DNA from: Nanobdellota archaeon
GTDB lineage: Archaea > Nanobdellota > Nanobdellia > Woesearchaeales > SM23-78
Assembly (NCBI GenBank): GCA_018819305.1
Contig: JAHJQO010000033.1
Span: forward strand, 1,430 to 65,429
Length of the DNA stretch: 64,000 nucleotides
Direction: 5' to 3'
Each line of letters opens with the position of its first letter. The first letter of the stretch is position 1. The notes beneath the pieces were generated by a model. The model was given only the letters and a program-made list of their open reading frames with translations, was not told where the DNA came from and did no database searches. This document shows, in pieces, positions 36,362-46,584 of the stretch. Both the position numbers and the translations under genes were made by a program.

Positions 36362-38536
36362 ATGACGAGAAAAAAAATATCTGATACAACAATTATGTTA
36401 TTGGGAATTTTAGCGCTAGTTGCAGTTCTTTTTTTAGCAGGATGCAAACCAATACTACCAGGACCTGGTCCAGGCACTGGAACTGGAACCACCACAGGAA
36501 CATATGATTCTATTGAAGTGTTTGATCCAAATGAACAAGTAAGTTCGCAGAGTTTTAAGTCTTTGGCAGAGTTCAATGACTTTGTAAAAGAACAATCCAC
36601 TCAGCAAAATGTTTATTATGGAGGAGGCATGATGAGGGATGGCTTGATGGTTGAAACCATGGATGTGGCTATGGAAGAATCTGCTAATTTCAAAGCAGTT
36701 GCCGCTCCTACAGCCGCAGGTGAGGCTCAGGCTAATATTGATTTCTCAGAAACCAATATTCAGGTTGCTGGCGTTGATGAGGCAGACATAATCAAAACAG
36801 ACGGCCAATATATATACACTGTAACTGGAAACACTTTGTTCATTATCAAAGCTTATCCAGGTGAAGATGCAGAGATTGTTTCTACAATTGATTTTAAAAG
36901 CCAACCAAGCAGCTTGTTTGTCAATGGAGATAAATTAGCTGTGTTTGGAAATTATTATGACCTTGACTTTTTCAAGAAAATTGAATTCACACCAAGACAG
37001 GGCATGACTTTCTTTAATATATATGATATCTCTGATAAATCAGATCCTGAGTTGGTTAAAGAATATAAATTTGAAGGCAATTATTTTGAGTCAAGAATGA
37101 TAGATGACTATGTTTATTTTGTAACAACAACACGACCAGAATACAGGGAAATTTTTCCAACGCCAGTGATTGTTGAAGATACTGTTGTAAGAACTGTTCC
37201 TATAAGAGACATCTTTTACTATCCAATACCATATCAATCAGCACAGTTTGCAAATATTCATGCAATAGACATTGCAAGGCCATCTGCTGACCTTAGTTCA
37301 AAAACAATTGCAGTTGAAGGAAGTCAGAATATGTATATGTCACAGAACAACATCTTCATCACATATACAGAATATATTAATGAATGGGAGATCACCCAGA
37401 AGATCACAATTGATTTGATGATAGATGAGCTTACAACAGCAGACCAGATGCTTGTTGCAAAAATTAAGAAAACAGATAATGAGGTATTGTCTCAGAGCGA
37501 AAAAGAATCTAAAATAATGCAGATAATTCAGACTTATGTGCAGTACCTTGATCCAAATGAGCAGGAAGAACTACAGAACAGAATAGAAGAAAAAGTTCAG
37601 ATTGAGCTTGAGAAATACAAATACAGAGAATATACTTTGATTCATAAAATTAGTGTGGATAAAAGTGTGATAAGGATTGATGCTGATGGCAAAGTACCAG
37701 GCCATATCTTAAATCAGTTTTCAATGGATGAATACAAAGATGTCTTTAGAATTGCAACAACTGTAAGTCCTGTATGGTCAAGATTTGACAAGGAAAGAAC
37801 AGAATCAACCAATAATATCTATACTCTGAATGAGAATTTGGAAGTTCTTGATGAACATGAAGGAATGGCAGAAGGCGAGCAAATTTATTCAACCAGATTC
37901 ATGGGAGACAGATTGTATATGGTTACTTTCAGACAGGTTGATCCATTCTTTGTAATAGATTTGTCTAATCCAAGAAACATCAAAGAGCTTGGAGAATTAA
38001 AGATTCCTGGATTCAGCAGATACCTGCACCCATATGACAAAGATACAATAATAGGAATTGGCAGAGATGCAACAGAACAAGGAAGAACCCAAGGACTTAA
38101 GATTAGCTTGTTTGATGTAAGTGATGTTGAGAATCCAAAAGAGATTGCAAAGTTTGTTACAGATGAAAAATACGCCCAGAGTACAGCAGAGTTTGAGCAC
38201 AAAGCATTCTTGTTTTCAAAAGAAAAAGAACTGCTTGTAATACCTGTTTATAGCTATGATTATAGATGGGATGGTGAAAACACGCAGGGCTATAACGGCG
38301 CAATGGTTTTCAAGATAACCAAGGATGACATTGATATTAGAGGAATTGTTGACCATTCCATGGCAAGAGGAACAAGCAGGTATTATGGCCAGCTAGTAGA
38401 GCGAAGCTTATACATTGAAGAATTGCTTTACACAAAGTCACCAACCTTGCTAAGAATCAATAACATTGATGACTTAGACAGTGTGAACAGCATTGACCTT
38501 GAGCCAAGCAAGGATGGACCGTATAAGATTTATTAA
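36362..38536 (+). CDS. Secreted/lipoprotein beta-propeller domain protein
   Basis: Lipobox LAGC; FSETNIQVAGVDEADIIKTDG, NQFSMDE, VTFRQVDP, LKIPGFSRYLHP. Confidence 0.9.
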   Translation: MTRKKISDTTIMLLGILALVAVLFLAGCKPILPGPGPGTGTGTTTGTYDSIEVFDPNEQVSSQSFKSLAEFNDFVKEQSTQQNVYYGGGMMRDGLMVETMDVAMEESANFKAVAAPTAAGEAQANIDFSETNIQVAGVDEADIIKTDGQYIYTVTGNTLFIIKAYPGEDAEIVSTIDFKSQPSSLFVNGDKLAVFGNYYDLDFFKKIEFTPRQGMTFFNIYDISDKSDPELVKEYKFEGNYFESRMIDDYVYFVTTTRPEYREIFPTPVIVEDTVVRTVPIRDIFYYPIPYQSAQFANIHAIDIARPSADLSSKTIAVEGSQNMYMSQNNIFITYTEYINEWEITQKITIDLMIDELTTADQMLVAKIKKTDNEVLSQSEKESKIMQIIQTYVQYLDPNEQEELQNRIEEKVQIELEKYKYREYTLIHKISVDKSVIRIDADGKVPGHILNQFSMDEYKDVFRIATTVSPVWSRFDKERTESTNNIYTLNENLEVLDEHEGMAEGEQIYSTRFMGDRLYMVTFRQVDPFFVIDLSNPRNIKELGELKIPGFSRYLHPYDKDTIIGIGRDATEQGRTQGLKISLFDVSDVENPKEIAKFVTDEKYAQSTAEFEHKAFLFSKEKELLVIPVYSYDYRWDGENTQGYNGAMVFKITKDDIDIRGIVDHSMARGTSRYYGQLVERSLYIEELLYTKSPTLLRINNIDDLDSVNSIDLEPSKDGPYKIY

Positions 38537-38594
38537 AGTATTTTTCTTATTTTTTAAGAAAAATATTCAAAATTATTTTTTATTTTGTTATTTT

Positions 38595-39038
38595 TTATTT
38601 TTTTATTATTCTTTCGAGTTTTCCTTCAAGAACTTTGTGCAGGAAGTCTGTATTAAATTTACGTCTGTATTTGTATTTCTTAAATCCTTTTTTTAGAATT
38701 TTAACGGCTTTTTTTGGGTTTACATCAGGATTATAAGGCGCTTCAGTCTGTCTTACCCAAGTAAATATGTCTGGGATGTTGAGATTGATTATTTTTTTGC
38801 TTTTCTGGACATAAAAATTATTCGCAACTGCTTTTTTCATGTACTTTTCCATAACTAGCAGGGTGTCTGCCCAGTCAACATGCTCTTGCGTTAATTTTAT
38901 TGTATGAGTTGATTCAAGGCCAGCAGATTTAACATTAGCATCAATCTTGTTTTCTGCACAATAATCTTTTAGCCATTCTGCTGCATAAGGACTGCGAAAT
39001 TTATTAACTTGGCATACAAATAAATAGTTTTGAACCAT
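38595..39038 (-). CDS. Low-molecular-weight protein-tyrosine phosphatase-like protein
   Basis: FVCQVNKFRS (CX5RS), SAG, WAD, LNIPD. Confidence 0.82.
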   Translation of the reverse strand: MVQNYLFVCQVNKFRSPYAAEWLKDYCAENKIDANVKSAGLESTHTIKLTQEHVDWADTLLVMEKYMKKAVANNFYVQKSKKIINLNIPDIFTWVRQTEAPYNPDVNPKKAVKILKKGFKKYKYRRKFNTDFLHKVLEGKLERIIKK

Positions 39039-39097
39039 TCTGAGAATAAGTTAATCTTGTTTTGTTTTTAAAAGTTGCTTTAGGTACTGATTAAATT

Positions 39098-39763
39098 TCA
39101 TTTCCCTTTATGCTCACTCAGCATTTCCTGGAATGCATTGTAAGCTCTGACAGCGTCTTTTTCTGCAATTATGAATATGAGTTCTGTCATTGTTGAAATG
39201 TTTTCAAACACATTGATGTTTTCCCAGGAGAGCTTTCTTGTGGCTAATGCCAGGATACCAGGCGTGTAGATAAAATCTTTATCCAGTGTGAGCGTGAGAG
39301 AAACCAGATTTTTCTCTATATTAAGGGTTTTTTCTTTTCTGAAAATATTTTTAAGTTCGTTTAAGTATTTTTGAGATACAACAATTGTGATTTCATAGTT
39401 TCCCTGGATTACATTCAGAGTTTCTCCTTTTTTATAATCAACTAGCTTGTGAAGTTCTTTGATTTCATCCAGAGCAGAAGGTGATTTTGTAATTGTGACA
39501 TCGCACAGATTGGTTTTCATGATTAACTCTGATGTTAATTTAAGGGTTTTGGGAATAATAATTTTTTTTCTGAGGGTTTCTGCATATCTTCTGATGCTCA
39601 TGTTAATGGCTGATGCTTTGACTTTATGACCTATTTCTTTTTCTATTCTTGGCTGAAGTTTCTCTGCGAGATTGGCAAAGCTAATGACGTCTTCGATTAA
39701 AGCCTCTTGTAGTGTTGGCCTTGATTCAATTATTTTCTTTGTTATTTGACTTATTGTTACCAT
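39098..39763 (-). CDS. Putative regulator: N-terminal helical DNA-binding-like domain + C-terminal ACT-like domain
   Basis: ANLAEKLQP...AINMSIRR; TPGILA...NINV.E.IST.TELIFII. Confidence 0.7.
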   Translation of the reverse strand: MVTISQITKKIIESRPTLQEALIEDVISFANLAEKLQPRIEKEIGHKVKASAINMSIRRYAETLRKKIIIPKTLKLTSELIMKTNLCDVTITKSPSALDEIKELHKLVDYKKGETLNVIQGNYEITIVVSQKYLNELKNIFRKEKTLNIEKNLVSLTLTLDKDFIYTPGILALATRKLSWENINVFENISTMTELIFIIAEKDAVRAYNAFQEMLSEHKGK

Positions 39764-39782
39764 AACAGTTTACTCTCTATTT

Positions 39783-39798
39783 TGTTATTATAATAACA
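39783..39798. promoter_or_regulatory. Perfect 16-bp palindrome TGTTATTATAATAACA, candidate operator
   Basis: Lies between the divergent ACT-like gene and the lys operon. Confidence 0.5.
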
Positions 39799-39870
39799 TT
39801 AAGTTAATATACTATATAAAGATTACGGTATAAATATCATATTTGATAAAGAAATAGTGGGAGGAATACA

Positions 39871-40191
39871 ATGGCAATTCAATATGAAACAGATGTTATG
39901 GGTGTAGACCCAGTTGGTATATTACTTGAAAGCCAAATAATTCAACCAGGTAGATTTCAGCAGGCTTTGAGCAATATGCATGAAATCTTATCTTGTGTAC
40001 CAACTGATGAACACGGGAGATCACCTTATGAAATACAAAGTGAGATACAGGCTTTAAGCGCTGATTTAAGTGAATTAGAAATTGTAGCAAATGGTGGTGG
40101 ACCTGTTCAAAGAGCAGATGTTCTTAGCCAAATAGATCCTATGCATTTGCATACAAACCTAAGAACAATTATTTCTTATTTAGGAAAATAA
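39871..40191 (+). CDS. Hypothetical protein heading the lys operon
   Basis: GGAGG RBS; 106 aa; 29 nt before lysW. Confidence 0.7.
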   Translation: MAIQYETDVMGVDPVGILLESQIIQPGRFQQALSNMHEILSCVPTDEHGRSPYEIQSEIQALSADLSELEIVANGGGPVQRADVLSQIDPMHLHTNLRTIISYLGK

Positions 40192-40220
40192 ACTGAAAGA
40201 TATGAATGGAGGTAAGTAAA

Positions 40221-40379
40221 ATGGCAGAATGTCCAACATGCGGAGCAAACATAACAATACCAGAAGGAACAGAAACAAACCAGATAATCACATGCCCTGA
40301 TTGTGGCAGCGAATTAGAGGTTACTGGACCAGATGCTGTGAAGCCAGCACCGCAAGAAGAAGAAGATTGGGGAGAATAA
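40221..40379 (+). CDS. lysW: Amino-group carrier protein LysW
   Basis: Not in the ORF track: MAECPTCG...CPDCGSELEV...EEEDWGE (52 aa, Zn ribbon, diagnostic C-terminal EDWGE); GGAGGT RBS. Confidence 0.96.
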   Translation: MAECPTCGANITIPEGTETNQIITCPDCGSELEVTGPDAVKPAPQEEEDWGE

Positions 40380-40407
40380 GGAGAATAATTTAGGAGACAA
40401 GAAAGAA

Positions 40408-41571
40408 ATGGTGCAAATACTAGATGCAACACTGAGAGAAGGAGAACAAACTCCAGGAGTTTATTTTGATAATCATATCAAGCTCGCAATAGCTGACAGA
40501 CTGGATAAAATAGGTGTTGATTATATTGAAGCAGGACACCCTGCTGTAAGCAAAGAAATTTATCACGCAGTGAATCAGATTGCAGGCAGAAACCTGAGTT
40601 CTGTTGTTGCAGCGCATTCTCGTTCATTAAAAAAAGATGTTGATTTTGCACTGGAATGCGGAGTTGGGTTCTTAGGAATATTTTATTGTGTTTCTAATGG
40701 CAGGCTTAATGGTATTTTTGAAAAAACTTTACCATTAGCTATTGACCAAATATCAAAAACCATTGCTTATGCCAGAGAACAAAACCCTGACTTGATAATA
40801 AGATATACTCCGGAAGACACTGTCCGTTCTGAGTTCAGCAATGTTGTAGATGTTTCTGTTGCTGCTGTAAATGCAGGCGCAGACATAATCAGTGTTGCTG
40901 ACACAACGGGTTTTATGATTCCAGGAACAGAAAGAAGCATGTATGATTATGTTTCCAGATTAAGAGATGCATTTGATAAAAACAATGTTAATCCAAAGAT
41001 TGCTGTTCATTGCCATAATGACAGAGGGCTTGCGCTTGCTAATGCTCTTGATGGGTATAGGGCAGGAGCAGAAATTATTGATGCAACCATTCTTGGCATT
41101 GGAGAAAGAGCAGGCCTTGTTGACCTTGCAACTCTTCTTGCAGTTCTAAAGACAGATTTTAAGGTTGAAAATAATTGGGATTTGGCAAGGCTTCCAGAAT
41201 TATACAAACTTGTAAGTGAATATGCTAGAATTCCTATTCCAGTAAACGCTCCTATTACAGGAGCTAATGCGTTTACGCATTGCGCAGGCGTTCATACTCA
41301 TGCAGCTGCCAGCAAAAAAGGAGATCCAATTCATTATCAAAGCATATCGCCGGAAATTGTGGGAAGAGAAAGCGAAGTTTCATTAGACCATATGTCTGGG
41401 TTGAGTTCTGTAATCTGGGCATTAGAAAGAGTTGATGTACCTAATCCTGATGAAGAATTTGTAAGAAATATTCTGGAAAAAGTGAAAATAATTGGTCAGA
41501 AAAGACCAGTGAGTCTTGATGAATTAAGACATATGGTAGAATCTTGTGAAGGAGAGATGGTAAGGAGGTAG
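40408..41571 (+). CDS. Homocitrate synthase (LeuA/DRE-TIM family)
   Basis: DATLREGEQ, AAHSR, RYTPED, HCHNDRG, GIGERAG, HCAGVH; lys operon context. Confidence 0.8.
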   Translation: MVQILDATLREGEQTPGVYFDNHIKLAIADRLDKIGVDYIEAGHPAVSKEIYHAVNQIAGRNLSSVVAAHSRSLKKDVDFALECGVGFLGIFYCVSNGRLNGIFEKTLPLAIDQISKTIAYAREQNPDLIIRYTPEDTVRSEFSNVVDVSVAAVNAGADIISVADTTGFMIPGTERSMYDYVSRLRDAFDKNNVNPKIAVHCHNDRGLALANALDGYRAGAEIIDATILGIGERAGLVDLATLLAVLKTDFKVENNWDLARLPELYKLVSEYARIPIPVNAPITGANAFTHCAGVHTHAAASKKGDPIHYQSISPEIVGRESEVSLDHMSGLSSVIWALERVDVPNPDEEFVRNILEKVKIIGQKRPVSLDELRHMVESCEGEMVRR

Positions 41572-41574
41572 AAT

Positions 41575-42429
41575 ATGACAATTAAAATAGGATTTTTGCA
41601 TTCAGTAATAAGAGTTGAGGAAAAACTTTTGCTGGATGAATTGAGAAAGAGAAAAGATGTTGAAATAGTAATGTTAGATGACAGAAAACTGGCATTTAAT
41701 CTTGGAAAGAATGGATTTGATGTGGATGTTATTATTGAGCGAAGTATTAATCATTCCAGAGCATTGCATGCATTGAGATTATTTGAAAGCATAGGTATTA
41801 AGTGCATTAATAGATATGCTGTTGCAAATATTTGCGGTGATAAGCTTCTCACATCAACTGCACTCATGGAACATAAAGTTCCTCAGCCAGAAGTAAGAGT
41901 TGCATTTACAGAAGAATCTGCTTTGCAGCAAATAGAAGAAATGGGTTATCCTGTTGTTCTCAAGCCAGCAACTGGTTCTTGGGGAAGACTTATATCCAAG
42001 GTGAATGACAGAGAATCAGCTGAATCTCTGCTTGAGCATAAGAGAATACTTGGAAGTTATCATCATTCAATATTTTACATTCAGAAATATGTCGAGAAAA
42101 AAGGAAGAGACATAAGAAGCTTTGTTGTAGGAGACAAGTGCATTGCTGCCATTTACAGAACTTCAGAGCATTGGATTACAAACACTGCCAGAGGAGGCAA
42201 GGCAACAAACTGTCCTGTAACTCCAGAACTTGCACAGATATCTTTGGCAGCAGCCAAAGCAGTTGGAGGCGGAATTGTAGCAATTGATTTGTTTGAAACA
42301 GACAAAGGATTACTTGTGAACGAAGTCAATTACACTATGGAATTCAGAAACAGCATTGACACAACAGGTGTTAATATTCCTGAGAAAATTGTTGATTATG
42401 TTTTAAAAGTTGCAGGTGAAAAAAAATGA
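41575..42429 (+). CDS. lysX: Alpha-aminoadipate--LysW ligase LysX
   Basis: [33 protein letters not shown]. Confidence 0.95.
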   Translation: MTIKIGFLHSVIRVEEKLLLDELRKRKDVEIVMLDDRKLAFNLGKNGFDVDVIIERSINHSRALHALRLFESIGIKCINRYAVANICGDKLLTSTALMEHKVPQPEVRVAFTEESALQQIEEMGYPVVLKPATGSWGRLISKVNDRESAESLLEHKRILGSYHHSIFYIQKYVEKKGRDIRSFVVGDKCIAAIYRTSEHWITNTARGGKATNCPVTPELAQISLAAAKAVGGGIVAIDLFETDKGLLVNEVNYTMEFRNSIDTTGVNIPEKIVDYVLKVAGEKK

Positions 42430-43466
42430 CAGAGAAAATTCGAGTTAGCATTGTTGGAGCTAGCGGATATGTGGGTGGAGAACTGCTGAGACTTTTGCTT
42501 CAGCATCCAAATGCAGAAGTTAATCAAGTTACTTCTGAGAGGTTTGCAGCAAAACCTGTAACTGTGATTCATCCGAATCTTAGAACGCAGACTGATTTAA
42601 AGTTTTGCAGTGTAAATGATTTGGAAAAAGTTGACTTGATGTTTATTGCATTGCCACATGCAAAGTTGATGAATGATTTTGACAAGTTCAGCAAGCTTGC
42701 TGAGAGAATTATTGATTTGTCAGCTGACTTTAGATTGAAAAATCCTGAGGATTACAAAGAGTGGTATGATGTTGAACATCCAAGAGCTGAGCTGTTGAAT
42801 GATTTTGTTTATGGAATTGTTGAACTGCACAGAGAAGAGATGAAAAAAGCAAACTACATTAGCAGTGCTGGATGCAATGCAACTGCAACAATCCTGCCAC
42901 TTTATCCTTTGTTTAAAAACAATCTCGTGGATTTGAGCAAGCCTGTTATTGCAGAGGCAAAGTGCGGTTCATCTGAGGGAGGAAACAAGTTTTCAGAAGC
43001 ATCACATCATCCTGAGAGAAGCGGATGTGTCAGGTCTTACAAGCCATCAGGCCACAGACATACTGCAGAAATGATTCAGGAGCTTGGCAATCAAATTAAT
43101 TTTTCAGCCACATCAATTGAAATGGTCAGAGGTATTTTGTTGACTGCTCATGTTTTTCTTAAGCAGGGTTTGACTGAGCTTGATGTTTGGAAAGCTTATA
43201 GAAAAGAATATGGTGATGAGCCATTCATTAGAATTGTCAAGGAAAGAACAGGAATCTATAGGTATCCTGAGCCAAAGATTTTATCAGGAAGCAATTTCTG
43301 TGATATAGGTTTTGCTCTTGATGAAAAAACGGGGCGGCTTGTAGTAATTGGGGCTATTGATAATCTGATGAAAGGAGCAGCAGGTCAGGCAGTGCATGCA
43401 ATGAATGTGATGCTTGGTTTTGATGAGAAGATGGGTTTAGAATTTATGGGGTTGCATCCAATATGA
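42426..43466 (+). CDS. lysY: LysW-aminoadipyl-phosphate reductase LysY (ArgC family)
   Basis: [45 protein letters not shown]. Confidence 0.93.
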   Translation: MTEKIRVSIVGASGYVGGELLRLLLQHPNAEVNQVTSERFAAKPVTVIHPNLRTQTDLKFCSVNDLEKVDLMFIALPHAKLMNDFDKFSKLAERIIDLSADFRLKNPEDYKEWYDVEHPRAELLNDFVYGIVELHREEMKKANYISSAGCNATATILPLYPLFKNNLVDLSKPVIAEAKCGSSEGGNKFSEASHHPERSGCVRSYKPSGHRHTAEMIQELGNQINFSATSIEMVRGILLTAHVFLKQGLTELDVWKAYRKEYGDEPFIRIVKERTGIYRYPEPKILSGSNFCDIGFALDEKTGRLVVIGAIDNLMKGAAGQAVHAMNVMLGFDEKMGLEFMGLHPI

Positions 43467-43473
43467 GGTTAAA

Positions 43474-44277
43474 ATGATTGTTATAAAAGTTGGCGGAGCA
43501 CTTGGAATCAATTATGATTTATTTTTGCAGGACCTTGCAGGACTTGTAAAAAATAAGAATCAGGAGATTGTGCTAGTCCATGGTGGCTCAGGAGAACTTA
43601 ATGAGATATCAACCAAACTTGGCAAGCCACCTAAAATGGTGACATCTGCATCAGGCCATGTTTCCCGCAGGACAGATAAAGAGACTCTTGAGATTTTTAA
43701 TATGGTTCTTTGCGGCAAGATGAACAAGATGATTGTTGAGAAACTGCAGCAGCTTGGAGTAAATGCAATTGGCTTGAGTGGAATAGATGGCAGACTGTTG
43801 GTTGGTAAGAGAAAAAACATAATTATTGTTGAAGATGGTAAAAAGAAAATTATTCGTGATGATTATACTGGAAAAATTGAAGAGGTTAATGTTGATTTGA
43901 TTCGATTGCTGCTTGGCAATGGTTTTATGCCAGTAATTACACCGCCAGGTTTAAGCTATGAGAATGAAGCAATTAATGTTGATGGTGACAGAGCAGCTGC
44001 AATTATTGCAAGCTCACTCAAAGCAGAAGCATTGGTTATTTTGTCAAATATTCCTGGCCTGCTTAAAGATGTTGATGATGAGAGCAGTCTGATTAAAGAG
44101 ATTAATAAAGAAGAGATTGACGATTACATGCAGTTTGCTAAGAAGAGGATGAAGAAAAAAGTTATGGGAGCAACAGAAGCACTGAATCAGGGCGTGCAGA
44201 AAGTTATTTTTGGTGATGCAAGAATTGAGAATCCAATAACAAAAGCTCTTGAAGGGCAAGGAACTGTGATACAATGA
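43474..44277 (+). CDS. lysZ: LysW-aminoadipate kinase LysZ (ArgB family)
   Basis: VIKVGG, VHGGS, NVDGDRAAA, MKKKV. Confidence 0.93.
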   Translation: MIVIKVGGALGINYDLFLQDLAGLVKNKNQEIVLVHGGSGELNEISTKLGKPPKMVTSASGHVSRRTDKETLEIFNMVLCGKMNKMIVEKLQQLGVNAIGLSGIDGRLLVGKRKNIIIVEDGKKKIIRDDYTGKIEEVNVDLIRLLLGNGFMPVITPPGLSYENEAINVDGDRAAAIIASSLKAEALVILSNIPGLLKDVDDESSLIKEINKEEIDDYMQFAKKRMKKKVMGATEALNQGVQKVIFGDARIENPITKALEGQGTVIQ

Positions 44278-45494
44278 GCAAGACAAAATCCACAAAACAA
44301 ATTGAAGAACAGTTTGAATTAGATATTTATCCAAGAAGAGAGGTTGTTATAGTCAGAGGCAAAGCTAGCAAGTTGTATGATGATAAGGACAGGGAATATA
44401 TTGACTGTGCTTCAAATGTTGGCGTATCTAATATAGGGCATGCTAATGAACAGGTTGCAACTGCAATTCATGAGCAATATCTAAGGTTGGCAAATTGCTA
44501 TAGTATGTTTTATAATGATATCAGAGCAAGGTTTGCACAGAAATTAGTTGAGATAATGCCGCATTTCAATAATAATGGTAATAAAAATGGTAATGGCAAT
44601 GGAAATGGCCAACTAAGCAAAGTTTTTTTCTGTAATTCAGGTTCAGAAGCAGTAGAAGCAGCAATTAAGTTTGCAAGAGCAACAACAGGAAAAAAACAAA
44701 TCATTTGTGCAATGAGAGGATTTCACGGCAAAACCATGGGTGCTTTAGCTGCAACATGGGGTCCTGAATATCAAAAGCCATTCATGCCAATGCTTGAAGG
44801 ATTTGTACATGTTCCTTTTAATAATTATGATAGGTTTGAAAAATCAGTTAGTGATGACACTGCTGCCGTTATAGTTGAAGTTGTGCAGGGTGAAGGAGGA
44901 GTAAGGCCTGCAGATAAAGAATATCTAAAAAAGCTCAGCCAGTTTTGCAGGGCAGTTGGCATCTTGCTGATTGTTGATGAAGTGCAGACTGGTTTTGGAA
45001 GAACAGGAAAAATGTTTGCATCAGAGCATTATGATATTTCACCTGATATATTATGTCTGGCTAAATCAATTGCTGGCGGAATTCCAATGGGAGCAGTGGT
45101 TTGCAAGGAAAAAATAATTGTTCCTAAGAGGAGTCACACGTCTACATTTGGTGGAAATCCTTTGGCATGTGCAGCAGCACTTGCATCAATTGATTTTATT
45201 GAAAAAGAGAATTTAGTTGAAAGAGCTGCTGAGTTAGGTGAATATTTTATTGAAAAGCTAAGTGAGATAAAAAGCCCTAAGATAAAAGAAATAAGAGGGA
45301 TTGGATTAATGATTGGTATTGAGCTGACTGAAAAAGCAGGACCTTATGTTGCAGCGCTAATGGAGATGGGTGTGATTGCTTTGCTTGCAGGCAACTTTGT
45401 AATCAGATTATTACCACCTCTTGTTATCAGCAAAGAAGAAATTGACAAAGTAGTTGATGCTCTAGGAGATGTTTTGCAGGAGCAAGAGGATTAA
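44274..45494 (+). CDS. lysJ: LysW-aminoadipate semialdehyde aminotransferase LysJ (ArgD, class III PLP)
   Basis: NSGSEAVE, GFHGKT, QGEGG, DEVQTGFGRTG, AKSIAGG, STFGGNP. Confidence 0.93.
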   Translation: MSKTKSTKQIEEQFELDIYPRREVVIVRGKASKLYDDKDREYIDCASNVGVSNIGHANEQVATAIHEQYLRLANCYSMFYNDIRARFAQKLVEIMPHFNNNGNKNGNGNGNGQLSKVFFCNSGSEAVEAAIKFARATTGKKQIICAMRGFHGKTMGALAATWGPEYQKPFMPMLEGFVHVPFNNYDRFEKSVSDDTAAVIVEVVQGEGGVRPADKEYLKKLSQFCRAVGILLIVDEVQTGFGRTGKMFASEHYDISPDILCLAKSIAGGIPMGAVVCKEKIIVPKRSHTSTFGGNPLACAAALASIDFIEKENLVERAAELGEYFIEKLSEIKSPKIKEIRGIGLMIGIELTEKAGPYVAALMEMGVIALLAGNFVIRLLPPLVISKEEIDKVVDALGDVLQEQED

Positions 45495-45507
45495 AGGAGG
45501 CTTGAAA

Positions 45508-46533
45508 ATGTTAGTTCTTGATATGGTTAATATTTACAGCCCAACAGGCTCAGAAGGAGAACTAGTTGATTTTCTTGTTAATTGGGCAAATAAAAATGGT
45601 TTCAAAGCTTACAAAGATGAAGTTGGTAATTTTATTGCTGAAAAAGGAGAGCAAAGTGAAAAAAATAAAAAAGAAATTCTTATGGTTGGACATGTTGATA
45701 CAGTAGCAGGCAATATTCCTGTCAAAGTCAAAGATGGAAAACTTTATGGCAGAGGCTCTGTAGATGCAAAAGCACCATTAGCATGTTTTCTAGAGGCAGC
45801 AAGTAAATTTGACAATGATAACTGCAGACTTGTTGTTGTTGGAGCAATTGACGAAGAAGGAGAATCAAAAGGAGCTCGAAACATACTAGGTAAATATAGT
45901 CCAGACTATATTATTGTTGGCGAACCTAGTGGATGGAGCAATATGAATATTGGGTATAAAGGAAGTATTAATTTGTTCTACAACGCAAAGCAGGATAAAG
46001 AACATAGTTCACGCTCTAGTATGAATTGCAATGAAAGAGCAGTTATGTTTTTTAATGAGCTTAGAGCTTATTTTGAAGATTTCAATCAAGAGAAAAATTT
46101 GTTCAATCAACTGGGAATAAAGTTGATTTCAATTAATTCAAATGATGATGGATTTAATGAATCTGTTGAGATGAAAATTAATATCAGGATTCCTGTAGGA
46201 TTTGACATAGAGCAATTAAAGAATTTTGTTGAGCAGAAAAAAGATGATGCAGCAGTTGATTATTCCAGATTTGAAAAGCCAGTCAAAGCTGGCAAAGACA
46301 ATAAATTAGTTTCAGGTTTTATCAAGGCAATCCGCGAAGCAGGAGGAGAACCTAAATTCAAGTTAAGAACAGGAACATCTGACATGAACATCCTTCAAGA
46401 TTATGATGTGCCAATTGTTACATATGGACCTGGTGATGCCAGCCTTGAGCACACGCCTGATGAATGCCTGGATTTAGAAGAATATGATAAATCTGTGAGA
46501 ATAATGAGCAGCGTCTTACAACAGCTAATGTAA
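45508..46533 (+). CDS. lysK: LysW-lysine hydrolase LysK (M20 family)
   Basis: GHVDTV, GRGSVDAK, DEE, GEPSG, GTSDMN, YGPGD..LEHT; ATG 45508 with GGAGG RBS. Confidence 0.93.
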   Translation: MLVLDMVNIYSPTGSEGELVDFLVNWANKNGFKAYKDEVGNFIAEKGEQSEKNKKEILMVGHVDTVAGNIPVKVKDGKLYGRGSVDAKAPLACFLEAASKFDNDNCRLVVVGAIDEEGESKGARNILGKYSPDYIIVGEPSGWSNMNIGYKGSINLFYNAKQDKEHSSRSSMNCNERAVMFFNELRAYFEDFNQEKNLFNQLGIKLISINSNDDGFNESVEMKINIRIPVGFDIEQLKNFVEQKKDDAAVDYSRFEKPVKAGKDNKLVSGFIKAIREAGGEPKFKLRTGTSDMNILQDYDVPIVTYGPGDASLEHTPDECLDLEEYDKSVRIMSSVLQQLM

Positions 46534-46584
46534 ATTCAGGCAGATAAAGAAATATTTATAAAACACCTCTTTCTCTGAATTCTT

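Noticed and set aside
40169..40432. Minus-strand 87-aa ORF in the track
   Set aside because: Shadow of the real lysW gene on the plus strand.
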